Below are positions 1 to 9,848 of a stretch of 64,000 nt of DNA, piece by piece; the first letter of the stretch is position 1; each line of letters opens with the position of its first letter. The stretch spans positions 1,749,276-1,813,275 of the forward strand of contig NC_057748.1 of NCBI RefSeq assembly GCF_004010195.1, written 5' to 3'. A program made the translations under genes and the position numbers. The stretch comes from Chiloscyllium plagiosum. Lineage: Eukaryota. The notes beneath the pieces were generated by a model. It saw nothing but the letters and a program-made list of their open reading frames with translations, made no database searches and was not told the DNA's origin.

Positions 1-183
1 CGCTCCCTCAGCACTGACCCTCCGACAGTGCGGCGCTCCCTCAGCACTGACCCTCCGACAGTGCAACGCTCCCTCAGCACTGACCCTCCGACAGTGCAGC
101 GCTCCCTCAGCACTGACCCTCCGACAGTGCGGCATCCCTCAGCACTGACCCTCCGACAGTGCGGCGCTCCCTCAGCACTGACT
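1..183. repeat. 33-bp minisatellite (unit ~GCACTCCCTCAGCACTGACCCTCCGACAGTGCG), running off the window start
   Basis: About 5.5 tandem units are visible. The ORF repeats with an 11-aa period (RSLSTDPPTVQ). Confidence 0.9.
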
Positions 184-759
184 CTCTGTCACAGAGTCAA
201 AGAAATATACAGAGAAACATACTGTACACATGTAAATACATACAGCCAGAGACATAAGCGTGCACTCACACAATCCCACACACAGCGAAACAGACACAAG
301 GAGACCCAATCTCTCTCTTGTACACAACGGAGACAGAAAGGAAAATTTGAAATTGTTGTGCTTAGCTGTCAAGTGTCCCAAATTTACAACAATGACAGTT
401 GTTCACAAATACATCACTGGCCTGTGACATCCTGAGGATGTGAAAGGTGCTACCAAAAGACAAGATCTTCCTTGTACTCTCAGAATTTCCTCAAACCACC
501 CATTGCCTTCATTATCACTCACCAATCGACCCAATGACATGTCTGCTCTGTAACAGCTGCTATGACACTGTAATGGGATCACCTTTGGGCACCATAGAGT
601 CATAGAGATGTACAGCATGGAAACAGATCCTTTGGTCGAACATGTCCATGCCGACCATATCCTCAGCTCTAGGTGTCCGAACTTAATACTCCTCACTATT
701 ATACACAGCTCCCAGAAACATCCATCCCTGAAATTATTTCCTAAAGAAGTTGTAGATGT

Positions 760-1000
760 CTTGCTCATCCCTAGTTGCCCTGGAGAAGGTGGGAGTGAGC
801 TGTCTTCTTGAACCATTGCAGTCCACCTGATTGACCCACAATGTCCTTAGGGATGGAATTCCAGGATTTTGACCCAGCGACACTGAAGGAACGGCAATAT
901 ATTTCCAAGTCAGGATGGTGAGTGGTTTGGAGGAGAACTTGGAGGGGTGTTCCCATGTATCTGCTGGACATGACCGTGGGTTTGGAAGGTGCTGTTACCA
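760..1000 (-). mobile_element. LINE 3' fragment (same family as 55986-56260)
   Basis: Shares 'gagctgtcttcttgaacc...ccaggattttgacccagcgaca...caggatggtgagtgg' with the copy at ~56070-56260. Confidence 0.6.
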
Positions 1001-1203
1001 GTGGATCTGCACACCAGTAGGTCACCAGGCCAGGAGATCACTATACTGGTAGATCACCATGCCAGTAGATTGCCACACCAATAAATCGCTGGTGGATCAC
1101 TACACTAGTGGATCACTACACTAGTAGATCACTGTGCTGGGAGATCACTGCATTGGCAGTTACTGCGCCAACAGATTGCTGCACCAGTAGATCACCACGC
1201 TGG
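998..1203. repeat. Degenerate ~17-18-bp tandem array (CACCAGTAGATCAC-like)
   Basis: About 11 recurrences of a (C/T)AGT(A/G)GATCAC(C/T)-like core at regular spacing. Confidence 0.65.
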
Positions 1204-1367
1204 GGTTCAATGTAAATATAAACAGTTGTAAAGCGGCAGTCCTCATAGTAGTACAACAACAACAACCTGCAGAATCCCCATTTTGCTATAATAAAGGGTC
1301 ATCAATCTTTGAGGAGCAAGGGCTTAGGGACTCAGCACCATCAACATGTATAAACAACCCCAACAGA

Positions 1368-2430
1368 GGCATGGGATTGAGGGTGATTTAGCAGTTTGGA
1401 TCAGAAATTGGCTAGCTGAAAGAAGACAGAGGGTGGTGGCTGATGGAAAATGTTTATCCTGGAGTTCAGTTGCTTGTGGTGTACCACAAGGATCTGTTTT
1501 GGCACACTGCTGTTTATCATTTTTATAAACGTCCTGGATGAGGGTGTAGAAGGACGGGTTAGTAAATTTGCAGATGACACTGAGGTCGGTGGATAGTGCA
1601 GAAGGATGTTGTAGGTTACAGAAAGACATAGATAAGCTGCAGAGCTGGGCTGAGAGGTGGCAAATGGAGCTTAATGTGGAAAAGTGTGAGGTGATTGACT
1701 TTGGAAGGAGCAACAGGAATGCAGAGTACTGGGCTACTGGTAAGATTCTTGGTAGTGTAGATGAGCACAGAGATCTCTATGTCCATGTGCACAGATACCT
1801 GAAAGTTGCCACCCGGGTTGACAGGGTTGTTAAGAAGGCATACAGTGTGTTAGCTTTTATTAGTACAGGGATTGAGTTTCGGAGCCATGAGGTCATGCTG
1901 CAGCTGTACAAAGCTCTGGTGTGGCTGCACTTGGAGTATTGTGTACAGTTCTGGTCACCACATCATAGGAAGGATGTGGAAGCATTGGAAAGGGTTCAGA
2001 TGAGAGTTACGAGGATGTTGCCTGGTATGAAAGGAAGGTCTTATGAGGAATGGCTGAGGGACTTGAGACTGTTTTTGTTAGAGAGAAGGCGGCCGAGAGG
2101 TGCCTTAATTGAGACATACAAGATAATCAGAGGGTTGGATAGGGTGGACAGTGAGAGCCTTTTTCCTCGGATGGTGATGACTAGCCCAAGGGGGCGTAGC
2201 TTTAAATTGAGGGGTGATAGGTATGGGACAGATGTCAGAGGTAGTTTCTTTACTCCGAGAGTAGTAGGAGTGTGGAACGCACTGCCTGCAACAGTAGTAG
2301 ACTCACCAGGTTTGGTGGCATTTAAATGGACGAGAATGGAATAGTGTAGGTTAGATGGGCTTCAGACTGGTTTCACAGGTTGACACAACATTGAGGTCCG
2401 AAAGGCCTGTATTGCGCTGTAATGTTCTAC
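1368..2430 (+). mobile_element. 5'-truncated, frameshifted CR1-clade LINE (RT C-terminus and 3' tail)
   Basis: ORFs 1346-1528 (WIRNWLAERRQRVV...GVPQGSVL) and 1568-2344 (LQKDIDKLQSWAERWQMELNVEKC; LYKALVWLHLEYCVQFWSP) match CR1 RT motifs. The FADD motif is at ~1567 and the 3' tail 'ccgaaaggcctgtattgcgctgtaatgttcta' is present. Confidence 0.9.
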
Positions 2431-2537
2431 ATCTGTTTAACAGAACCAACTGGGATTGGGATTCATGGATGAGTAGAGGAGCTGGGACAAGGTGCAGAGA
2501 GAAGATCAGGACAGAACACTGGCGATCGGTTACTTAC

Positions 2538-2581
2538 TTTGGGGGCCATCCTTTCCACTTCACAAAATATTCCACTCTACC
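2538..2581 (-). CDS. CBX7: Chromobox protein 7, coding exon 2 (GRVEYFVKWKGWPPK); downstream exons lie left of the window
   Basis: Minus strand reads ttgacag|GGT AGA GTG GAA TAT TTT GTG AAG TGG AAA GGA TGG CCC CCA AA|gtaagt. The exon is 44 nt and joins exon 1 in phase. The chromodomain cage tryptophans are present and WPPK is CBX7-like. Confidence 0.9.
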
Positions 2582-2654
2582 CTGTCAATCAAACAGAAAA
2601 CAAAGTGTCATCAGGTGGGTACAGTACACAGCACAGCTCATTCACAGCACCGCT

Positions 2655-2780
2655 CATACACACAGAGTGCGCACACACACACGGAGCGTGCACACACACA
2701 CGGAGCATGCACACACACACGGAGCACGTGCACACCCACACAGAGCGTGCTCACACCCAGAGACCTAGCCAGCACACACA
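2655..2780. repeat. Imperfect (CA)n/CACACACACGGAGC repeat just upstream of the CBX7 exon-2 acceptor
   Basis: About 5 units of CA-run plus GGAGC(A/G)TG. The tract is UG-rich on the pre-mRNA strand. Confidence 0.7.
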
Positions 2781-3007
2781 CTATCACTACAGCCTGTAGC
2801 TGACGCCTTTCACCCACATTCACCGTGCGTTTCACAGAAAGGCAGCCTCCAGCCAGCTGGCCACAGTTCACAGTTACCTCCCTCAAAGATGTGATGTTGT
2901 GTGAACTGAGAGTCAGGAGACTTCATACTGATCACAGGCCAGATTGCTAAATGGAGGAATATTAAACTGGTACAATCCTGGAAAGAAACGTGGCACATGC
3001 ACACACT

Positions 3008-3232
3008 ACCTAACTCCATGCTGTCTCTGTCCTGGGAGTGTTTGATGTGGGACAGTGTAGAGAAAGCTTTATTCTGTATCTAACCCCATGCTGTCCCTGT
3101 CCCTGGGAGTGTTTGATGTGGGACAGTGTAGAGAGAGCTTTACTCTGTATCTAACCCCATGCTGTCCCTATCCCTGGGAGTGTTTGATGTGGGACAGTGT
3201 AGAGGGAACTTTACTCTATATCTAACCGTGTC
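3008..3232. repeat. ~70-bp minisatellite (CTGTCCCTGTCCTGGGAGTGTTTGATGTGGGACAGTGTAGAG...TTTACTCTGTATCTAACCCCATG) x3
   Basis: Three tandem units. Related units occur at 5283-5345 (reverse) and 21800-21935. Confidence 0.85.
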
Positions 3233-3732
3233 AACCCAATCTTGGCTGTATTTCTAATAATATTATCAATTTAGACTGTTTATGCTGTGCACATGTCTGA
3301 AGGAAATCAGGGAGTTTGGAAATTAAGATTGTTTTAATTCTGTCAGAGATGTGGGTGTCACAGGCAAAGACAGGATTTTCTGCCCATAGTTGCCCTTGAA
3401 CTGTGCATCTTGAGGCCATTTGAAAGGGGAGTGAGGAGTTAACCACAGTGCTATGGGTATGGAGTCACATGTAGAGCAGACCAGGATCGATGGCAGATTT
3501 CCATACCTAAAGCATATTAGTGAACAGGATTTCTTTGACAGCAATCAATGATAGATTTGTGTTCACCATCATTCAGACTTGGTGTTGTATTCCAGACTTT
3601 ATAACTGGATCGACATTCACATTTCACCACCTAAATGTGAACCCACGTCCTCAGAGAATTAGCCCACAATCCTCAGGATTACCAGTGCAGTAACATGAGC
3701 ACTTCAACACCAACTCCAAGACAGCATGGTGT

Positions 3733-5237
3733 TCCCTCAGCACTGACCCTCTGACAGTGTATCACTCCCTCAGCACTTACCCTCCGACAGTGCGGCACTC
3801 CCTCATCCCTCAGCACTGACCCTCCGACAGTGCGGCACTCCCTCAGCACTGACCCTCCGACAGTGCTGCACTCCCTCAGCGCTGACCCTCCGACAGTGCG
3901 GCACTCCCTCAGCGCTGACCCTCCGACAGTGCGGCACTCCCTCAGCGCTGACCCTCCGACAGTGCGGCACTCCCTCAGCGCTGACCCTCCGACAGTGCGG
4001 CACTCCCTCAGCGCTGACCCTCCGACAGTGCGGCACTCCCTCAGCGCTGACCCTCCGACAGTGCGGCACTCCCTCAGCGCTGACCCTCCGACAGTGCGGC
4101 ACTCCCTCAGCGCTGACCCTCCGACAGTGCGGCACTCCCTCAGCGCTGACCCTCCGACAGTGCGGCACTCCCTCAGCGCTGACCCTCCGACAGTGCGGCA
4201 CTCCCTCAGCGCTGACCCTCCGACAGTGCGGCACTCCCTCAGCGCTGACCCTCCGACAGTGCGGCACTCCCTCAGCGCTGACCCTCCGACAGTGCTGCAC
4301 TCCCTCAGCGCTGACCCNNNNNNNNNNNNNNNNNNNNNNNNNNNNNNNNNNNNNNNNNNNNNNNNNNNNNNNNNNNNNNNNNNNNNNNNNNNNNNNNNNN
4401 NNNNNNNNNNNNNNNNNNNNNNNNNNNNNNNNNNNNNNNNNNNNNNNNNNNNNNNNNNNNNNNNNNNNNNNNNNNNNNNNNNNNNNNNNNNNNNNNNNNN
4501 NNNNNNNNNNNNNNNNNNNNNNNNNNNNNNNNNNNNNNNNNNNNNNNNNNNNNNNNNNNNNNNNNNNNNNNNNNNNNNNNNNNNNNNNNNNNNNNNNNNN
4601 NNNNNNNNNNNNNNNNNNNNNNNNNNNNNNNNNNNNNNNNNNNNNNGCGGCAATCCCTCAGCACTGACCCTCCGACAGTGCGGCAATCCCTCAGCACTGA
4701 CCCTCCGACAGTGCGGCAATCCCTCAGCACTGACCCTCCGACAGTGCGGCAATCCCTCAGCACTGACCCTCCGACAGTGCGGCAATCCCTCAGCACTGAC
4801 CCTCCGACAGTGCGGCAATCCCTCAGCACTGACCCTCCGACAGTGCGGCAATCCCTCAGCACTGACCCTCCGACAGTGCGGCAATCCCTCAGCACTGACC
4901 CTCCGACAGTGCGGCAATCCCTCAGCACTGACCCTCCGACAGTGCGGCAATCCCTCAGCACTGACCCTCCGACAGTGCGGCAATCCCTCAGCACTGACCC
5001 TCCGACAGTGCGGCAATCCCTCAGCACTGACCCTCCGACAGTGCGGCAATCCCTCAGCACTGACCCTCCGACAGTGCGGCAATCCCTCAGCACTGACCCT
5101 CCGACAGTGCGGCAATCCCTCAGCACTGACCCTCCGACAGTGCGGCAATCCCTCAGCACTGACCCTCCGACAGTGCGACAATCCCTCAGCACTGACCCTC
5201 CGACAGTGCGGCAATCCCTCAGCACTGACCCTCCGAC
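3733..5237. repeat. Large 33-bp minisatellite array interrupted by an N-gap (4318-4646)
   Basis: More than 30 near-perfect 33-bp units. The array explains the repetitive ORFs on both strands. Confidence 0.95.
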
Positions 5238-6094
5238 GGGGGGTCGGGGGAGAGGGCAACATGACAGGAACACTTTCATGTAAAGCTCCCTCTACACTGT
5301 CCCCCATCAAACACTCCCAGGACAGAGACAGCACGGGGTTATATACAGAGATCTGGTTTTGAATTGTGTACTGTCTGACAGTGACATCAGATACAACTAC
5401 TGCCAGTTGTTTTGCTGTCAGCCTGTGGATACCTGTCAGGTGAGAATTTAACCACTGGGACCTTGTCAGGGAAAATAAGCATTCCCTGAGGCTGTGAGTC
5501 ACCAGAATTCACTCAGATCAGAAATCCACCCAGGAAAAGTAGCCTCTCGCCCCAACACAACATGCTAAAGCAGTCTGTGAGCTCCCACACTTACACCATC
5601 TCACACTGCCTTCTGGTGCAGTGGGGGGGGGGCAGGGAGGGAGGCTGAGAATTTCAGGGGGAACTGGGAGCATTGGGGGCTCAGATTGTTGGGTGAGAGC
5701 AGGTTTAATATCTTCAGCTCCTACTGCACAGGCAGAGCTGCTGACAGGTCTAGGACCATTCCAGTTTTACTAACATTCAGCTCTCCATCTCCCAGAAGGT
5801 CAAGGAACGTGATTCCTAATCAGTACAGCCTCCCTATACAAATCCTCAACCTGAATACAGGATGTTGGGGGGCTGGGGGGGAAACGGTCTATAGGAGGAA
5901 GACAATCCTCTCTAAAGTGTCCACACACACACAATCCCAGCACGAGTCAGTCTCTGTAATCCAGAAGGGGAATCACTCCGTGCTGCTAACGCTGTCTAGC
6001 CCTGTGTAGCTCTGACAGTTTCCTTTCTAACAGATACGTGCCGATATAATTCAGGGCTGTGTGATTTCAGAGCAGCCAGGAAGCAGCTTCAAGC

Positions 6095-6197
6095 ACAAAC
6101 TGAAATAAACAACGCCACGAAGTGCTGGAGAAACTCAGCAGGTCTGCCAGCATCTGCAGAGAGGGAACGCTTTGAATCGGATAAGACTTCAGAACTA
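6095..6197 (-). repeat. Short interspersed repeat, 'gctggagaaactcagcaggtctgccagcatctg' family (Penelope-type terminal-repeat derivative)
   Basis: Related copies occur at ~7757-7840, 14905-15110, 47805-47910, 53700-53815 and 57390-57470. Confidence 0.55.
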
Positions 6198-6957
6198 AAG
6201 AACACGGTGTGATGGGGACTGGTACAAACAATCGTGAAGATTCTTGGAATAAACATGACCAAAGCTTATGTGTAATAGTGATCTCATCCTGTCTCCGTTT
6301 GTACATTGAGTTTCTTTCCCTGTCTGTACCCCATGTACTATGATTGTTATTAACTGTCCAGTAATTTCTCGTTTACTAATTAGATTTGGGTCACAAGCCT
6401 GCTTTCTTGTTACTGAAATCTCCCTGTAAAATTGCAAGTTACTTCTTACAAGAAACAATTAATTGGATTATGTTTCGAATAAACAGACTGAACAACTCAA
6501 ATCCCTGCCGGACTCTGCCCTTTTACAGATAAGTACAAAAGATTTGCAACTTCCAAAAGCTGCCTCACTGACTGAGCAATTTTAAACTCCCTCAACGCTC
6601 GCAACCTCATCCTCTCAGTCCATCCTCAGTAAGGAATTTTAACACTTTGTAATTATTCCAGTTCAAATAACCCTCCTACCCCTCTCCCTTCCCTCGGTAG
6701 CTGGGCAATGCATGAATTTTTGTCTTGCATTATTTATGTAATTCATCGTTTAATTATTGAGTTTAACACAGCAGCACTGTCCCTCCTGCTCTACATCTCT
6801 TCCGGAGCTTCTGCACCAGCTGACGGCGTGTGGCCAGTTTTGAAAGCAGTCATTTATTTTATTATTGGGGAAGGGGGTTGGGGAGGTTTATTAATTGCCT
6901 TCAGTGGTTTTGGAAGTTGTTAAGGCTAGAGGTGTTTTGTATTTGTCGCAGGATTAC

Positions 6958-7026
6958 CTTTCTGATGCGCTTCTTGCTGATATTCTCCACGGCAAACACT
7001 TGCTCTCCTATTGCAGACAGCTCCAT
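6958..7026 (-). CDS. CBX7: Chromobox protein 7, coding exon 1 (MELSAIGEQVFAVENISKKRIRK)
   Basis: Minus strand reads ATG GAG CTG TCT GCA ATA GGA GAG CAA GTG TTT GCC GTG GAG AAT ATC AGC AAG AAG CGC ATC AGA AAG|gtaatc. The exon is 69 nt, phase 0. It matches the CBX7 N-terminus MELSAIGEQVFAVESIRKKRVRK as recalled. Confidence 0.92.
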
Positions 7027-7310
7027 AAAGGCAGACTCACAGCTTTCTTCCTGCGCAACATTTTCACCAGCGCGTCCCCGACACTCTCTCTCTCTCTGTT
7101 AGTTCACCCGTGCACGCGCACAGCCATACGCGCTCCCCACCCCGTGCATGAGCGCCCCCATTGCACAGGAACGCGCCCCGGTCCCACACGCAAAGTAATT
7201 CTCACTCGTTCACACAGAACTTTCGAAGTGAATAAAAACACCGGGGGGAGCTCACCCTTTCACGGGTTCACCCCCACCTTATGCAGCACTTGGTGCACTT
7301 TAAGATTAAA
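7027..7310 (-). promoter_or_regulatory. Probable CBX7 5'UTR/proximal promoter (small CpG-rich patch)
   Basis: CpG cluster immediately upstream of the ATG, with an NRF1-like TGCACGCGCA at ~7111. Confidence 0.45.
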
Positions 7311-7430
7311 GTGAAATTGCAGCAACACTCTTATAGCAGGAGGCCATTCATCCAGAGGGACTAGGAGCAGGGGGAGTTATTCAGCCTCCCCCAGTTATTA
7401 GATTCATGGCTGACCATCACATGCAATTCT

Positions 7431-7750
7431 CAGGACAAGGTAAGAAGTCCCTCAATATTAGGCTATAGTCCAACAGGTTTGTTTGAAATCACAAGGTTTC
7501 AGAGCGCTGCTCCTTCGGTTGGTGAACTGTCTGCAATAGGAGAGCAAGGGGTTGCAGTAGAGAATATCAGCGAGAAGCACATCAGAAAAATAACCTGATG
7601 TAGTGTGACTTCTGACTTTGCCCAGTCAGTTATTTTATTATTGGGGAAGGGGGTTGGGGAGGTTTATTAATTGCCTTCAGTGGTTTTGGAAGTTGTTAAG
7701 GCTAGAGGTGTTTTGTATTGTCACAGGATTACGCAGGCACCTCCACATCT
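7431..7750. mobile_element. Palindromic Penelope-type short repeat carrying inserted copies of CBX7 exon 1 and intron 1
   Basis: Left arm is 'ggacaaggtaagaagtc...tatagtccaacaggtttgtttgaaatcacaag' and right arm is 'taacctg...gtgtgacttctgactttg...ggcacctccacatc'. Inserts are at 7527-7588 and 7623-7732. Confidence 0.7.
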
Positions 7751-8029
7751 TGGCAATTCTGAGGAGGTATCATTGAACCAGAAACATTAACTCTGTTTCT
7801 CTCTACGCAGATGCTATCTGACCTCCAGCAGTTTCTGATTTGGGGTGTTTCAGACCCAAAGTTCTTTTTTGGATTTTGTTCAACTCGGCACCACTGTTCC
7901 TGCATATCCTCATACCCTCTGATCCATGTAGCCCCAAGAACTCCTTCCGGAAAACATTCAATGTTTTGGCCTCCACCACTTTTCATGGTAGAGAATTCCA
8001 CAAGCTCCCCACTCTCTGAGTGAAGACAT

Positions 8030-8365
8030 TCACAGAATCCATACCATGTGAAAATAGGCCATTCAGCCCATTGCATCCACACCAATCCTCTGGAGAGCAT
8101 CTCATTCAGACCCACCCCTACCCTATCCCTGTAACTTTGCATTTCCCAGGGCTAACCCACCAAGTCTGCACATCCCTATGTCACTATGGGGCAATGGAGC
8201 AAGGCCAATCCACCCTAACCTGCACATCTTTGGACAGTGGGAGGAATCACACACAGTTACAGGGAGAACATGCAAACTCCACACAGACAGTCGCCTGAGA
8301 TTGGAATCGAACCTAGGTCCCTGGTGCTATGAGGCAGCAGTGCTAACCACTGAGCAACCATACTG
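8030..8365 (-). mobile_element. HE1-like tRNA-derived SINE, diverged
   Basis: Reverse complement of the SINE at 8902 ('gaacatgcaaactccacacagacagtcgcctgag...gaggcagcagtgctaaccactgagc'). Confidence 0.8.
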
Positions 8366-8901
8366 ACCTTGTTTCAATCCTAATAACCTATCCCATTTCC
8401 TCAGACTGTGACCCCCTGGTTCTGGACTCCCTAGTCATCAGGAACATCCCTCCTGTGTTCATCCTGTCTAGGCCTGTTAATGTCCACACTAGCTCACTGC
8501 TATGACAAGCTTAGTTTCTCTCCCCCACCTTTGTAATCTTGAAAATCTTCAAGGAATTCTCCAATTCTCCTTCTTAAAGCTAGTTGAACCTGCACCCTCA
8601 GCGCAGAGAGATACCATGGTCTGTGGGTTTTTACCTCAGAGAAGTGAGAGGAATTGCTTGAAGTGTACAGAGTTCTCAGGGCCATGGGTGAGGTAGAATG
8701 GGAGAAACCTTGCCCCTTAGCTGATGGATCAAGAAACAGGCGGCATGGTAAGGAACAGAACGTTTAGATGGAATTTGAGGTTTTTTTTCCCACCCAGAGG
8801 GTATCTGGAACTCACTGCTTGAAAAGGCAATGAGGAGAAAGTAGGAACAGTGCTGCTGAGTCCGACAAACTAAAATATAAAACCCAGAGGCAGAAACCTC
8901 T

Positions 8902-9230
8902 GGCGGCACGGTGGCACAGTGGTTAGCACTGCTGCCTCACAGCGCCAGAGACCCGGGTTCAATTCCCGACTCAGGCGACTGACTGTGTGGAGTTTGCGGA
9001 GTTTGCACATTCTCCCCGTGTCTGCGTGGGTTTCCTCCGGGTGCTCCGGTTTCCTCCCACAGTCACAAAGATGTGCGGGTTAGGTGAATTGGCCATGCTA
9101 AATTGCCCATAGTGTTAGGTTAAAGGGGGTAAATGTAGGGGTATGGGTGGGTTGCGCTTCGGCGGGTCGGTGTGGACTTGTTGGGCCGAAGGGCCTGTTT
9201 CCACACTGTAAGTAATCTAATCTCTAATCT
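8902..9230 (+). mobile_element. Full-length HE1-type tRNA-derived SINE inserted in a CR1 remnant
   Basis: Pol III A box (TGGCACAGTGG) and B box (GGTTCAATTCC), V-domain-like core, and a CR1-like tail ending taagtaatctaatc. The flanks gaaacc(c)tc look like a TSD. Confidence 0.9.
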
Positions 9231-9729
9231 GAAACCCTCAGGACATTTAAGAAGAATTTAGATGAGCATTTGAAAATCCATTGCATACTAGACTACAGGT
9301 CACGTGCTGAGGCATGGGATTGGAATGGATTGATGTTTGATGACCAGCACAGACAAGATGGACTGAAGGGCCTCTTTTCATTCTGTAAAAACACTAACAC
9401 TGTCAACTGCCAGAACCTCACCACTCACTGCAGAAAGCTGTCCTTCCTGGAGTTGCACAGGATTCCTTTGCCAATCCCCTCAGATCGATACTGTCTGGCT
9501 CTTGATCTTTTCACTGGAAGAATTTCTCTCTTTCCACACTGTCTGGTTCCCCCATTATCAAACTTCCTCTTGCCCCTCTCTTTCGGTAGGACTATGGTTG
9601 ATTCTTAACTTCTCTCTTAAAAAGCCAATTGACACGATCAGTTACTGAGTATTTAGAGATGTCCGTGACATCCACGTAAACACAATGCTCCAGTTCAGAC
9701 CGAATGGTGTTTTATAAAGGTGGAAGTGG

Positions 9730-9848
9730 GTACTGCAGATGCTGAAGATTAGGGTCAAGATCAGAGTGGTGCTGGAAAAGCACAGCAGAGCAGGCAGCAT
9801 CTGAGAAGGAAAATCAACGTTTTGGGCAAAAGCCCTTCATCAGGAATG
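9730..9848 (-). repeat. Penelope-type terminal-repeat fragment with degenerate hammerhead core
   Basis: Reverse complement reads attcCTGATGAagggcttttgcccAAAAcgttg, with GAAA mutated to AAAA. Confidence 0.65.

Noticed and set aside
3679-5502. Long ORFs (607, 510, 324 and 201 aa) and a CRISPR-like periodic look
   Set aside because: They are translations of a 33-bp tandem minisatellite plus an N-gap. There are no unique spacers, no cas genes, and the DNA is eukaryotic.
6895-7314. Plus-strand exon-like peptide DYLSDALLADILHGKHLLSYCRQLHK
   Set aside because: It is the antisense reading of CBX7 exon 1, which is clearly coding on the minus strand.
8902-8975. tRNA-like sequence (also at 62383 and 63316)
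   Set aside because: It is the tRNA-derived head of a SINE, followed by SINE body and tail, and is not a tRNA gene.
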